Below, piece by piece: positions 35,471 to 45,179 of a DNA stretch of 51,604 nt. The position numbers and the translations under genes were made by a program. The DNA is from a virus (taxonomy: Duplodnaviria; Caudoviricetes). The notes beneath the pieces were generated by a model. That model ran no database searches. It was given only the letters and a program-made list of their open reading frames with translations, and was not told where the DNA came from. Numbering within the stretch: position 1 is the first letter of the stretch; every line of letters starts with the position of its first letter. Where the stretch lies: the IMG/VR virus record IMGVR_UViG_3300036861_000596, positions 1 through 51,604 of that record, one strand, 5' to 3'.

Positions 35471-35646
35471 CGAGAAATGGTACTGCGAGCGATGTGGGAG
35501 CCGGTGGATCGGGGGGGACGCGCAGACGATGAGGTGCCTGCGGTGCCGGTACGAGTGGCCTGTCCCGTCTGTGGAGGGCAGCTCGTCGAGTACCACTGCA
35601 AGGCGAAGTGTCGACGGTGCCCGTACTTGAGGGATTGTGGGGACCC

Positions 35647-35675
35647 TTGACGGGGCGGGGTAGGGGTGCTAGACT
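35647..35675 (+). promoter_or_regulatory. Sigma70-type promoter
   Basis: TTGACG-17 nt-TAGACT with extended TG. Confidence 0.75.
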
Positions 35676-35693
35676 ACGTAGGGAGGGCTGGGG

Positions 35694-36020
35694 ATGAGCG
35701 AGCCGATCAGTAGCCACGACCGAGGGAAGTCAGACCCCGTGGGGACCTGGCTGGTGCAGATGTGCCCCCAGGAGCTTCAGGTACTCGCCGAGGCACCCCC
35801 CGCCGAGCCCCGCGAGGCCGAGCCGAAGGACCCCTACGTCGCCGCCCTGGAGGCGGTGGCACGGGCCGCCCGCGCGCACCTCGAAGAATTGAGGCTGTCG
35901 GGATCATCAGCGAAGGGCAGCCGAGAGCGGGCGAGTCGGACGTTGAGGCTGGAGCAAGCCCTGGCCGCCCTGGACGTAATGCGGCTCAGGGGAGTGCGGG
36001 CGGTGGAGGAGTGGGGATGA
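35694..36020 (+). CDS. Hypothetical protein
   Basis: RBS; shares sequence blocks with the next gene. Confidence 0.6.
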   Translation: MSEPISSHDRGKSDPVGTWLVQMCPQELQVLAEAPPAEPREAEPKDPYVAALEAVARAARAHLEELRLSGSSAKGSRERASRTLRLEQALAALDVMRLRGVRAVEEWG

Positions 36021-36451
36021 GCGTTCGAGAACCAGGATGCCGGGAATGCGAGCGGATGACGAGCGGGGATTGCGGGGGCCACGGAAGCAAACAGGTCGGC
36101 CGCGTGGAGTTCAACGACCCTACGTTCCGGCCTGACCCGACGTTCTGGCCTGTGGTTCGGATCGCTCGCCCCGCCGAGCCCCGCGAGCCGATCAGCAGCC
36201 ACGACCACGGGAACTGTGCGCTGTGCGATGAGATCGAAGCTCGCCTCGCTGCCTTGGAGGCGGTGGCGCGGGCGGCTCAAGATTTCATCGAAAAAGATAC
36301 GGCATACCGACTGATGGATGAGCCTATTTGCTCCCACGGTTCTATGGAAGAGCACAATGCTGCGGTGGATGCGGCAGCAGACGCGCTAGTTCTGCTGAAC
36401 AATCTCAGTCTAGCCGCCCTGGCGGCGGCCCGCCGAGGGGAGGGGGCGTGA
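36017..36451 (+). CDS. Hypothetical protein
   Basis: GGAGGAG RBS; coupled. Confidence 0.6.
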   Translation: MSVREPGCRECERMTSGDCGGHGSKQVGRVEFNDPTFRPDPTFWPVVRIARPAEPREPISSHDHGNCALCDEIEARLAALEAVARAAQDFIEKDTAYRLMDEPICSHGSMEEHNAAVDAAADALVLLNNLSLAALAAARRGEGA

Positions 36452-36648
36452 GACGAAGCATTGTGCTGTTGGCGTGGTTCTTCACGGTCATCGCGTGGCC
36501 GGAGGGTCAGCATCTGCCTTTCGCATTCCACGTTGGGCCATTCGCTGAGTACGCGGACTGTCTAACGGCGCGACAGGCCATACCGTCGAACGGCGGGCCG
36601 TTCGGCATCGGTATGGAGATAACTCGCTGCTGGACGGATGGACGATGA
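36448..36648 (+). CDS. Small exported/membrane protein
   Basis: Hydrophobic N-terminus, two Cys. Confidence 0.5.
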   Translation: MRRSIVLLAWFFTVIAWPEGQHLPFAFHVGPFAEYADCLTARQAIPSNGGPFGIGMEITRCWTDGR

Positions 36649-36869
36649 CCCCGCCAACTGACCCGGCCCGTCGGTATCGCTGTGCGGGCTGTGGAGAAGA
36701 GTATCTCGCGGAGAGCGGTAGCCATGGCCGCGTCGTCGTTCGCACGCGAACCGGCTGGGCCCACGATCCGTCCTGCGATGGGCGGTGCCGGTCCTGCCCG
36801 GTGCCGATTCCCGAGCCGTACGAGGATCTCGAAGAGTGCGGCCCGGTGCTGGAGGTGAGCGATGACTGA
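36645..36869 (+). CDS. Small Cys-rich protein
   Basis: CAGC and C...C..CP. Confidence 0.5.
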   Translation: MTPPTDPARRYRCAGCGEEYLAESGSHGRVVVRTRTGWAHDPSCDGRCRSCPVPIPEPYEDLEECGPVLEVSDD

Positions 36870-37140
36870 CCCGGCCCGCGCGGCGGCGGAGCGGGTGGCA
36901 ACGAACTGCCACCACGTCCCTTGGAGGATAAGGATACGCCCACGCCCTCTCTGTCAGTCGTGCGCCGCCGCCGCCCTCACTGCCTACGCCGCCGAGCAGG
37001 TCCGGGCGGAGCGGAAGGCGATCGCCGACCGAATCGAACACATGGCCTTCGAGCCGGAGTCGATGAGTCAGCGACGGCGGTGGTGCGTGCAAGTTGCGGC
37101 CGCCCTCCGGGGGCGCGGCGGGGAGGGGGAGGGGACGTGA
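36862..37140 (+). CDS. Hypothetical protein
   Basis: GGAGGTG RBS. Confidence 0.55.
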   Translation: MTDPARAAAERVATNCHHVPWRIRIRPRPLCQSCAAAALTAYAAEQVRAERKAIADRIEHMAFEPESMSQRRRWCVQVAAALRGRGGEGEGT

Positions 37141-37376
37141 AGCGATTGACGGACGGTGAGAAAGCGACGCTGCTGGTCTACATCAGTGAGCATGGGATGC
37201 CCAAGTGGGCGAGCGGGAACCGGCAACACGCTGCCCTTGCGGCGCTGACGGGATGGGGAACGAACCGGGCGAAGGCGGCGCTGAAGCGGGCCGAGGATTC
37301 TGGGTATCTCGATACGGAGAGGGAAAGAGGCCATGCGGCGGCCGCCCGCGCCCGCGGCGGGGAGGCGGGGACGTGA
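37137..37376 (+). CDS. Winged-HTH-like small protein
   Basis: LAALTGWG..RAKAALKRAEDSGYL. Confidence 0.5.
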   Translation: MKRLTDGEKATLLVYISEHGMPKWASGNRQHAALAALTGWGTNRAKAALKRAEDSGYLDTERERGHAAAARARGGEAGT

Positions 37377-37612
37377 GCGCAAATATCTACTGGCTTCCGA
37401 TAACTGAGGGTATTGCCGTGAACTGTTCAACGCCGTCAGCGTTTCGCGCGGCGATGGAAAAGGCCTTTGGGGAGCCACCGTGGGAATTGGATCGGTCGGC
37501 AATCGACACGCTACGTGGCATGGCCGCTGCTTCACACAGCGAGGCTGGCTTTGGGGGTTTGGTTGACGCCCTCTGCGAATATGGTCGCATCCGTGTCTGG
37601 ATGCAGTACTGA
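37373..37612 (+). CDS. Hypothetical protein
   Basis: Coupled GTG start. Confidence 0.55.
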   Translation: MSANIYWLPITEGIAVNCSTPSAFRAAMEKAFGEPPWELDRSAIDTLRGMAAASHSEAGFGGLVDALCEYGRIRVWMQY

Positions 37613-37655
37613 TGACGCGACTTATGACGGGGGCGGCCCCGAGACGGAGGGGACG

Positions 37656-38420
37656 ATGAGCTGCACTCATGGAGAAAGCAGCGAGCGCCATCCCTGTGAA
37701 CTGTGCCAACTGACCGCCGCGCTGGCCGCCCGGGAGGCCGACGTCACGCGGCTCATCCAGGAGCGGGACTCAGTGGCCATCCAACTCAAGTTTGACAGCG
37801 CGGCGTGGAATCAGTCTATGAGAGACCGGGTGCACGCGCTCCAGGAGGCCCATGCGGAGGCGGCGCGACTCACGGAGGAGCTGCGGGACGCGCAGCAAGC
37901 CGCCGCTTCACACGAGGCAAAGCTGGCCGAATGGCGTGATGATCGAGCGGCTCTCGCGGCCGCGCTGGCCGCCCGGGAGGGGGAGCTGCGAGAGTTCGTC
38001 CACGCTGTCAGCCGGATTTTGGCTGATGGGAGAGAGACAGCCTACCCCACCACGAAGGACTGCCTGGAGGGGCTTGGCCTGTTCATGAAGCTTTGGCTCG
38101 ACGCGATCGCGGTAGCCACGCCACTGTTCCAGTCGGGCGGGCGATGGGCGGATCTCCTGACGCCGGGCCAGTCAATCACCAGCCAAGGACCGCAGGCGCT
38201 CTCCGCCCATGCCGAGGCGCTGGAGGCCGAGGTGACACTGCTCGCGGCGGAGCGGGATGCGGCAGTCAGCGAGGCCGCAGAACTGCGCAGGAGTTTCGAC
38301 GCTCGGCTCGCCGTCTTCGCCGCTGGTGCCCGGGCGGCTCGCGAACGGGATGAGGCCCAGATGAAGCTGGACGTCGCCGAGCGCGAGCTGGCGCGGGTGC
38401 GGGGGGAAGTGGCCCCGTAA
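37656..38420 (+). CDS. Coiled-coil protein
   Basis: Heptad-rich; AALAARE occurs twice. Confidence 0.65.
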   Translation: MSCTHGESSERHPCELCQLTAALAAREADVTRLIQERDSVAIQLKFDSAAWNQSMRDRVHALQEAHAEAARLTEELRDAQQAAASHEAKLAEWRDDRAALAAALAAREGELREFVHAVSRILADGRETAYPTTKDCLEGLGLFMKLWLDAIAVATPLFQSGGRWADLLTPGQSITSQGPQALSAHAEALEAEVTLLAAERDAAVSEAAELRRSFDARLAVFAAGARAARERDEAQMKLDVAERELARVRGEVAP

Positions 38421-38444
38421 ACCTGGACGACCCCCAGAAACCAA

Positions 38445-38492
38445 AACGCCCGTTCACGAATCGTGAGGGTTCACGAAACATGAACGGGCGTT
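38445..38492. terminator. Hairpin at the convergence of the two arms
   Basis: AACGCCCGTTCA/TGAACGGGCGTT; T-rich tail on the minus strand. Confidence 0.65.
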
Positions 38493-38511
38493 GGTGTCTG
38501 TGGTGGCGGGG

Positions 38512-38703
38512 CTAGTCGAGGCCGCGGTGCTCCCCCGTACGGTGCTTGACCCCGCACTTGGTACACGTCGGCGCCCCCCGGCGGAGGCGCCGCTGCTCGC
38601 TCAGGCCGACGGCGATCGCCTGCGCGCGGCTCTGGATATGGGGCGAGGCTCCGCGTTTGAGTTCCCGCATAGCATCACCGACGTTGCGGATGGGCATGGT
38701 CAC
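38512..38703 (-). CDS. DUF6496-like small basic protein
   Basis: MRELKRG...QAIAVGLSEQRR. Confidence 0.6.
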   Translation of the reverse strand: MTMPIRNVGDAMRELKRGASPHIQSRAQAIAVGLSEQRRLRRGAPTCTKCGVKHRTGEHRGLD

Positions 38704-38861
38704 TTCTCCAAGCGGTCGAGCCGGGCCTCGTGCTGCTTGAGGCGGCGCTCGACGTGGGCGAGGTGGTTCGACTTGAGCGTGTAGACGACTTGGCCGAGAA
38801 TCAGGGTCGCCCCCCAGTTCCCCAGCACGAGCGTCGTCAACAGGGTCAACAGGTCCATCAT
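38700..38861 (-). CDS. Membrane protein with coiled tail (holin/spanin-like candidate)
   Basis: MMDLLTLLTTLVLG...NHLAHVERRLKQHEARLDRLEK. Confidence 0.55.
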   Translation of the reverse strand: MMDLLTLLTTLVLGNWGATLILGQVVYTLKSNHLAHVERRLKQHEARLDRLEK

Positions 38862-38904
38862 ACGTACACCGCGCACGGCGCGAGGCTCGCCAGCAGGTAG
38901 AGCC

Positions 38905-39069
38905 CTACGACCAATAGTGCAGCGACGCCCAGAGCCCCCAGTACCAGGGCAAGAGTCCGGCGTCGCACAGGGCCTCCCACGGGCTCATCGGCCAGTCCCA
39001 GGTCCCCTCCAGCAGGCCCGTTTGCGTCAGGACGCACCACAGGTGGTCGAGCGTGTCAGGGTCCGCCAC
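38905..39069 (-). CDS. Trp-rich microprotein B (54 aa)
   Basis: GTG abuts the upstream stop; 8 Trp; similar to 28489-28662. Confidence 0.5.
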   Translation of the reverse strand: MADPDTLDHLWCVLTQTGLLEGTWDWPMSPWEALCDAGLLPWYWGLWASLHYWS

Positions 39070-39255
39070 TCACAAAGCCACCCCCGGGGGGGCCGGCGGC
39101 GCCGGGGCGGCCTCCTCGATCTGGCTGGGGGAGATCGGCTGGCACAACAGCACCATCGTGCCGCCCCCGGCCTGGGCGGCTTGGCAGACGAGCGGGGGGT
39201 GGGTCACGGCGCACCCGGTCACGAGCAAGGCGAGAGCGAGCCACAGGAATCGCAT
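39070..39255 (-). CDS. Pro-rich lipoprotein (o-spanin-like candidate)
   Basis: MRFLWLALALLVTGC lipobox; follows the endolysin. Confidence 0.65.
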   Translation of the reverse strand: MRFLWLALALLVTGCAVTHPPLVCQAAQAGGGTMVLLCQPISPSQIEEAAPAPPAPPGVAL

Positions 39256-39278
39256 GGTCGGAAACTCCCCCTTCGGGG

Positions 39279-39629
39279 CTAGGCGTCGTGGAGGGTTCGG
39301 GCGATCTGGATGTGGATGTGCGGGGCCCACTTCGCCGCCACGACCGGGTCGGCCGGGGGCGTGGTCTCCAACAGCACGTCGTAGCGGAGCCCGCAGGCGG
39401 CCTGGATCTCGGTGGCGAGGGCGTTCCAAATCCCGGGCGGCAGGTGCTTGATGCGGAGGTCGGCCGCCTTCCCCTTCGCGTGAACGTCGGCGGTGTGGAC
39501 CCCGTCGGTGAGGCTGGTGATCCACATGGTGGCAGAGAACTTGCGGTAGACCTCCTTCGCGATGAAGAGGGCGAGGAGGAGTTCGGTCGTAATGCCGGAG
39601 GGGTTGACGGTGGTCAGGAGGCGGGTCAT
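39279..39629 (-). CDS. Endolysin, peptidase M15-like
   Basis: ITS..DG.H, H..GKAAD, HIH zinc-ligand pattern. Confidence 0.8.
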   Translation of the reverse strand: MTRLLTTVNPSGITTELLLALFIAKEVYRKFSATMWITSLTDGVHTADVHAKGKAADLRIKHLPPGIWNALATEIQAACGLRYDVLLETTPPADPVVAAKWAPHIHIQIARTLHDA

Positions 39630-40669
39630 TCGGCCGACTCGTAGGGGTTGAGGGTGGGGGAGATCCCGACGGTCCCCCCAGCGAGGAGACTCTCTAGCAT
39701 CGGCTTGGCGGGAGTACGCGCGACCGCCTGGCCCACCTTCGTAGCCCCCATGAGCGCGGCCGGGAGCATGGCCGACGGGTGTCCCGTCAGGGCTCCGGTA
39801 ATCCCTCCGGCAGCAGCACCCCCCTCCAGCATGCCCCAGAGGCCGCGCGATGGGAGCAGGGCCCGCCTGACGTAGAGGTCGGTGAGGTTGGTGAGGAGCG
39901 TCTCAGCGGCCTTCGAGCCCTGTCCCGCGGCCGTTCGTAGGTCTGACATGAGCGCTCCGTATAGCGCTTGCCCCTTCGGGAACCGTAGAAGCTGGCCAAT
40001 CTCCTGTCGGAGATCACTAATCAGCTTGATATCGATAGGCATCTTGGTCTCCAACGCCTTGACCATCCGCTGGATCGCGCCCGAGGCTAGCGGGATCTGC
40101 GAGAACTCTCCCGCCATCTTCGAGGTTTCGGGGAGGGCGATTTGCTCACCGCTGCCAGCGGCGCCCTTGATCGCCGCAGCAGAGCGTCCTGACACAGCGC
40201 GCGTGACGGCTTGGCCAGTTCCCAATAGACGCCCGGCGAGCCCGCCTCCAACTCCCAATAGGGCATCGACACCCGCTTGTGGAACGTTGGGCTGATCCCC
40301 CGCGAGCCCGCCCCCCACGAGAGAACCGATCCCAGCCCCGACACCAGCCCCGACGGGCCCGCCTGCCCCGCCGATGGCAGCCCCCACGGCGGGAGCCCCC
40401 CGGCGGACGAAGTCCTTCGCCGTATCCGTAGTCTCAACGGCGGGGGGGTGGGGGACCGGCGCCGTCAGGCTCGATAGCCAAGCCAGCACGTCCGATGCAC
40501 TTCGTGGCATCCCGGCGGTTTGGGCCCCTCCGGCGAGTCCACCCAGCAGCATCCGCCCTGGCTCGCTTGCGGGGCTGCTGACTTGGCGATACCCGGAAGG
40601 AAGCTCAGTACCGGCTGGTCCCTCATAGACCTGCCCCGTCGAGTCCTGAATGAAGATCGTCTCAGCCAC
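39626..40669 (-). CDS. Putative ejection/internal virion protein
   Basis: Gly/Ala-rich hydrophobic segments; podoviral position. Confidence 0.6.
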   Translation of the reverse strand: MAETIFIQDSTGQVYEGPAGTELPSGYRQVSSPASEPGRMLLGGLAGGAQTAGMPRSASDVLAWLSSLTAPVPHPPAVETTDTAKDFVRRGAPAVGAAIGGAGGPVGAGVGAGIGSLVGGGLAGDQPNVPQAGVDALLGVGGGLAGRLLGTGQAVTRAVSGRSAAAIKGAAGSGEQIALPETSKMAGEFSQIPLASGAIQRMVKALETKMPIDIKLISDLRQEIGQLLRFPKGQALYGALMSDLRTAAGQGSKAAETLLTNLTDLYVRRALLPSRGLWGMLEGGAAAGGITGALTGHPSAMLPAALMGATKVGQAVARTPAKPMLESLLAGGTVGISPTLNPYESAE

Positions 40670-40670
40670 G

Positions 40671-42359
40671 CTAGCCTCCCACGCGCTTGAAGCCTGGGGG
40701 TGGAGGGAGGGGTACGCCAGCTCCCGTTCGGGACCGATTGTCTAGCGCCGTCAGCTCGTCGAGTCGCTTCTGGACCTGGGACTGGAACGTCGCCATCTCG
40801 CTCGGGCGACCGGCAATCTCCATGATCTTTGCGTGGCGGGCCCCGCTGATAATGTCGTTGATGAGGGCCTTCTTGAGGTTCTTGATTTCCACTGTGTCCC
40901 ACTCACCGGGGATCGCCCCAGCCACGCGTTCGATATCTCGATCCGTAAGGACGCCGCGTTCTCCGCCCACCTCCCGAGAGAGGTTACCGAGGAATGCCTT
41001 GCGGGTCTCAGCGTAGGTGGCGGCGAGGGGATTATCACGGAGCCATTCGGCCCTCTTGAAGTTGCCCACCTGCGCGGCAACCGTAGCCGGGCTCGTGGCC
41101 GTGATCGTCTTGTCGGCGAGGGCGAAGAGACCTACGGTGATATTTTCGGCCCGCTTGAGCCCGGTGAGCATCTTCTTCTGCTCGTCATTCACCTCGACGT
41201 AGGGGCCGGTGTCCACATCACGATTGGTGGCGGCGTGTGGGGGTTGCTGGAGTTCCCCCGTCTGCATCAACACGCCGACGTGGGCGTGGTCGGCTCGCTT
41301 CTTGGCGGGGGCAGGGGCGTCGAGCGCGGCCTCGATATGACCAGCCCCGGTGGCCTTGCCGATCTGGACGGCTTGGGCCGTGTCAAGCGCGAGAGAGTCC
41401 CGAGCGGCCTTCTTCGCCTTCTGCGCCCCGTCGACACCACCACCGAAGAACTGCCCCCACGGCGTTCGGGCCAGATCGAGGTCAGACATGCCGAGGATGG
41501 TGGTCTTCTCGAAGATTTGCAGATTGGCCATCGGGTTGAAGTTGGCGTCGGGGGGCTTGAGCAAGCCGGCGTGGATGCGTGCGGCCGTCTCGTCACCTCC
41601 CGCGACCGGCTTGGGGCCGCCGTTCACGAGGTAGTTGAGCCAGGCCCGCTTGTCGGCCGCGTCGAGCGTCTCGCCCTCGACCTTCGCGGTGGTGGCACGG
41701 GTGTGAGCGAGGGTGGCCTGCTTGGAGGGGCTGCCCTCCTCGATGAGGAGCTTGAAGGCTTCGGCCGGGATCGCTCCGACCCGTTCCGGGGACTGCTTGG
41801 CGAGGGCGTCGAAGAAGGACAGGGCGGGGCGAGTCGTATCGGGCAGCTTCATCTGCCCGGCAGCGTCGAACGCGGACGGGACTTCGGGGACGGTGCGGGC
41901 CGGCAGGGGGCTGGTGATGGGGCCGGTAGGCTCCTGCCCACCCCCGAAGTTGCTCATCCACGAGTTGTAGGGGGCGGGGGGGACGACCTGAGGCTGTTCG
42001 GTGAGACCCGTATCGGGGAGCCGCACATCCGCGCCCGGGACGGTCTGAGGGCTCATGTCGCGGGCCATGCCCGTCACGAACTGGCCGGCGTTCGAGAGCC
42101 GGCGCTGCTCCGCGGCGATCTTGGCCTGCTCGACGGCGTGCAGATAGCGTCCCTTGATGGCCTCCTGAAGCATCGCCATCCGGGACTGCTGCTGCTCCCG
42201 CGCAGCCTGGAGGGCGTTCTGCTGGGCGTACTGGCGCTGTTGGGCCTCCTGCTGGAGGAGGTTCTTGAACAGCAGCTCCATGCCGCCGCCGATCCCCTCG
42301 CCGAGGCCGCTGGAGAAGGCGTAGCCGGGGTTGTCCTGCTGGAGATAGGGGTTCGCCAT
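40671..42359 (-). CDS. Putative ejection/internal virion protein
   Basis: 562 aa, Q-rich helical N-terminus, GVLTDRDI motif. Confidence 0.65.
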   Translation of the reverse strand: MANPYLQQDNPGYAFSSGLGEGIGGGMELLFKNLLQQEAQQRQYAQQNALQAAREQQQSRMAMLQEAIKGRYLHAVEQAKIAAEQRRLSNAGQFVTGMARDMSPQTVPGADVRLPDTGLTEQPQVVPPAPYNSWMSNFGGGQEPTGPITSPLPARTVPEVPSAFDAAGQMKLPDTTRPALSFFDALAKQSPERVGAIPAEAFKLLIEEGSPSKQATLAHTRATTAKVEGETLDAADKRAWLNYLVNGGPKPVAGGDETAARIHAGLLKPPDANFNPMANLQIFEKTTILGMSDLDLARTPWGQFFGGGVDGAQKAKKAARDSLALDTAQAVQIGKATGAGHIEAALDAPAPAKKRADHAHVGVLMQTGELQQPPHAATNRDVDTGPYVEVNDEQKKMLTGLKRAENITVGLFALADKTITATSPATVAAQVGNFKRAEWLRDNPLAATYAETRKAFLGNLSREVGGERGVLTDRDIERVAGAIPGEWDTVEIKNLKKALINDIISGARHAKIMEIAGRPSEMATFQSQVQKRLDELTALDNRSRTGAGVPLPPPPGFKRVGG

Positions 42360-42361
42360 CG

Positions 42362-42799
42362 TTACGACATGCCCTCGGGGAACAGGTCCGGTGCGCCGCC
42401 GGAGCCGGGCCAGCCCGACATGGGCTCATCCCCGATCCCGCCGAGGGTGTCCTGGCTGACGCTGTAGGGACCGGGGGTGGGGTTCGCACCGGTCGGGAAC
42501 ATCTTGCTCACCCCGTAGGCGCCGGCCATGCCGATGCCCTGCCCCAGCCCTGGCAGGAGTCCCTGCCACCACGACGGCTGGTTGGCGTTCGCCGAGTTCT
42601 GCTGGAGCTGGTTCGCAAACATCATCTGGTAGGGCAGCAGGAGGGCCTGCATGTAGGCTGGGACGAGGGCGCGGGGGATACCAGCGGGGATCGAGAGGTT
42701 CCCCCCGACGGGGAGCTTGCCGAAGCCACCGTTCTCGTAGGGGTTCCCCCCACCACCGGCGGGCTTCGTCGGCTGCTGCGGAGAGGCGAGACCTGGCAT
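42362..42799 (-). CDS. Putative internal virion protein
   Basis: G/P/Q-rich. Confidence 0.55.
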   Translation of the reverse strand: MPGLASPQQPTKPAGGGGNPYENGGFGKLPVGGNLSIPAGIPRALVPAYMQALLLPYQMMFANQLQQNSANANQPSWWQGLLPGLGQGIGMAGAYGVSKMFPTGANPTPGPYSVSQDTLGGIGDEPMSGWPGSGGAPDLFPEGMS

Positions 42800-42811
42800 G
42801 GTGGGGGGCTC

Positions 42812-44242
42812 CTATGCTTGGATGAGGGGGTTGGCGAGGCCGCCGGGGAGGGGTTTGTTGCCGGGGTTGGATGGGGGTGGGGTGGGTGGGCCACCCGGCT
42901 TGCCACCGCCGCCCCCGCTGCCCCCTGCACCAGGCGGAGCGAAGGGGTTGGGGAACTCAAGCCCCCCGAAGCCCTCCCACGGCATCCCCGCCGCCTCCAG
43001 CATGGCCTGGATACGCTCCCGCTCCGTTGCGAACTGCTCCTGCGCGTACCACGGCCGGAAGTACTGCTCGAAGGCTTGCTGGCCGAGCTGGAAGGCAGGC
43101 TCGAACATCGTCGGGGTCGCGGCGTAGGTCGAGGCGGCCTTGCCGAAGCGGTCGATATCCTGCTGGCGGCCCTGGAGACCGAGGCGCATCGCCTCGTCGG
43201 TGGCCCGCGCCCCGGACAGGGCCCGCTGGCGATTCATCTCCCCCAGCACCTCCCCGACCGCCCCGGCGTACGCGCCGCTGTTGGCTCGCGTCCCGCCCCG
43301 GCCGAGGAACGACTCGGTGATGGAGCCGGTCTTGCTGCGGAGGGGGGCGTTCGGGTCGCCCCCGCTGAAGGGCAAGCCGGCGGCCGTCAGCATCGCCCCT
43401 GTCGGCACCGTGGACATGCCGGGCACGTTCCCCACGAGCTGCTCGGCTTGGCGGAGGATATCGTCGTCGGCGATCTGCTGGATGCTGGAGCGCATCTGGG
43501 AGAAGTCGGGCGAGCCCAGCAGGGAGCCGGCGGAGGGCATGCCCGTCAGGCGGCTGCCGATATCGGTCATGTTCCCGAAGATGGATTGGCGCTGGTTAAG
43601 CCCCGTCTGCATGAGCTGCTGGAGCACGTCGTTGGTGATGCCGGTGTTCTGGAAGGTGGGGTTGCCGGGCTGGGCGTGGCCGAGGGTGAAGGGGTTGGAC
43701 AGGCTGTTCGGCCCGCCCCCGACGGGGGGAGAGCCGGCGAAGCTCGAATCGTAGACCTGCCCGGCGAGCTGGAGGATGCCCTGCTGGATGGCGGGGTCCA
43801 TGGGCGTGCCGGGGGCGTTGCCCTGGTTCCACCAGTCGGAGATGTTCTGGGTGATGTTGCTAAGGAAGGTACCGCGGTCCTGTCCACCCTGGCGAGCGTT
43901 GGGGATCGCGGACTGGTTGAGGTAGCCGAGCCAGTGCTGGCTGAGCGGGCCGGGCAGCTGGGGGCTCCCGGGCTGCATCGGCTGGGGCGGGCGGATCCCC
44001 ATCGAAGGGGGCATCGGGTCTATCCGGCTCATCTCCGGGCCCATCGTCGGGAACGCGGGATGTGCCGCGTTCGTCCCCATCGTCGGCACGGCGGGGTTCG
44101 TGGCGTTCGTCCCACGAGCCGCGTACGGGTTCTGCGGCATGTTGGTGCGAGCCTGCGTCATGCCGGTCCAGGGGTTGCCCGCCTGGGGAGCCTGGCCCTG
44201 CATGGCGTAGGGGTTCTTAACCGGAGACTGGCCGTAGATCAT
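42812..44242 (-). CDS. Putative internal virion/pilot protein
   Basis: 476 aa, low-complexity G/P/Q/M. Confidence 0.6.
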   Translation of the reverse strand: MIYGQSPVKNPYAMQGQAPQAGNPWTGMTQARTNMPQNPYAARGTNATNPAVPTMGTNAAHPAFPTMGPEMSRIDPMPPSMGIRPPQPMQPGSPQLPGPLSQHWLGYLNQSAIPNARQGGQDRGTFLSNITQNISDWWNQGNAPGTPMDPAIQQGILQLAGQVYDSSFAGSPPVGGGPNSLSNPFTLGHAQPGNPTFQNTGITNDVLQQLMQTGLNQRQSIFGNMTDIGSRLTGMPSAGSLLGSPDFSQMRSSIQQIADDDILRQAEQLVGNVPGMSTVPTGAMLTAAGLPFSGGDPNAPLRSKTGSITESFLGRGGTRANSGAYAGAVGEVLGEMNRQRALSGARATDEAMRLGLQGRQQDIDRFGKAASTYAATPTMFEPAFQLGQQAFEQYFRPWYAQEQFATERERIQAMLEAAGMPWEGFGGLEFPNPFAPPGAGGSGGGGGKPGGPPTPPPSNPGNKPLPGGLANPLIQA

Positions 44243-44589
44243 GCGTAGGGATTCCCTGCCAAGGGCGGCTTCTGGGGATAGCGCTGCCCGATCTTGTTCA
44301 TGTCCATCATCATCGCCAGCTTGTTTTGCGGGGGCATGCCCATCGCCATCGGGGACTGGCTCGGCTGGGCCAGGCCGCCACCCGGCGGGGCCGGCGGGGT
44401 CGGGCTCGCGCCCCCAGTCCCCATCGGGTTGAAGTCGTTGGCGAAGCTCCCCCCCTGCCAGTCACTCGCGTTGAACTGGCCCACGAGCTGGTTGAAGAGG
44501 GCCATCAGCATCGATGGGTCCAGCCCGCTCATCCCTCCAGCCCCGCCCATCCCGCCTGCGCCCATCATGCCGTACATGCCGTCGTTCAT
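44239..44589 (-). CDS. Met/Gly/Pro-rich protein
   Basis: Coupled; ends in GNPYA. Confidence 0.55.
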   Translation of the reverse strand: MNDGMYGMMGAGGMGGAGGMSGLDPSMLMALFNQLVGQFNASDWQGGSFANDFNPMGTGGASPTPPAPPGGGLAQPSQSPMAMGMPPQNKLAMMMDMNKIGQRYPQKPPLAGNPYA

Positions 44590-45179
44590 AGTGTGTAGGG
44601 GTTTCCTTGTGGTGGGGTGTTGAGAGCCTGCATGGCCATGCGACGGCGCATCTCGTCGGACATGCCCATCGCCATCGTCGAGGTGGGGGCCGGTGCACCG
44701 TAGGGCGAGCCGGGGCCGAGGCCGGGATTGTCGAGGGTGTGGTCGGCGGGGGCCGCGCCGAGGCGCCCCGCCAAGGCGCTAAGGGCCTGTACACCAGTAT
44801 TGGCCTTGCTGGCGAACCCCCCGGTAAGGAGGTCGGCGGGGTTCGGCGCCCGCCCCGTCAGGGCCGTCCGCGCCACCTGCCCAAACACCCCGAAAGCCGG
44901 GTTGACGAGTCCGAGGAGGGAGGAGAGGGTCGATAGCCCCGTCAGTCCGAGATCCTTGAGGGCGCGCTCGAAGTCGGCTACTTTCCCATACGTCCCCATC
45001 GCGGCGGCCATCTCGCGGGCCACTCGATTCCCAACCCCGCTGTACTCCGCGGAAAGGTTAGGCCCGAGCCCCTGCGGACCCCCGGTCGGGTTCCCGATGC
45101 CGGGGTCGAGCGAGACGTCATAACCACCGCCAAACCCACCCGGGTCGATACTCGGATCAGGTGCGCCCGCGTCTTCCAT
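44586..45179 (-). CDS. Putative internal virion protein
   Basis: Coupled; GAGGT RBS. Confidence 0.55.
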   Translation of the reverse strand: MEDAGAPDPSIDPGGFGGGYDVSLDPGIGNPTGGPQGLGPNLSAEYSGVGNRVAREMAAAMGTYGKVADFERALKDLGLTGLSTLSSLLGLVNPAFGVFGQVARTALTGRAPNPADLLTGGFASKANTGVQALSALAGRLGAAPADHTLDNPGLGPGSPYGAPAPTSTMAMGMSDEMRRRMAMQALNTPPQGNPYTL

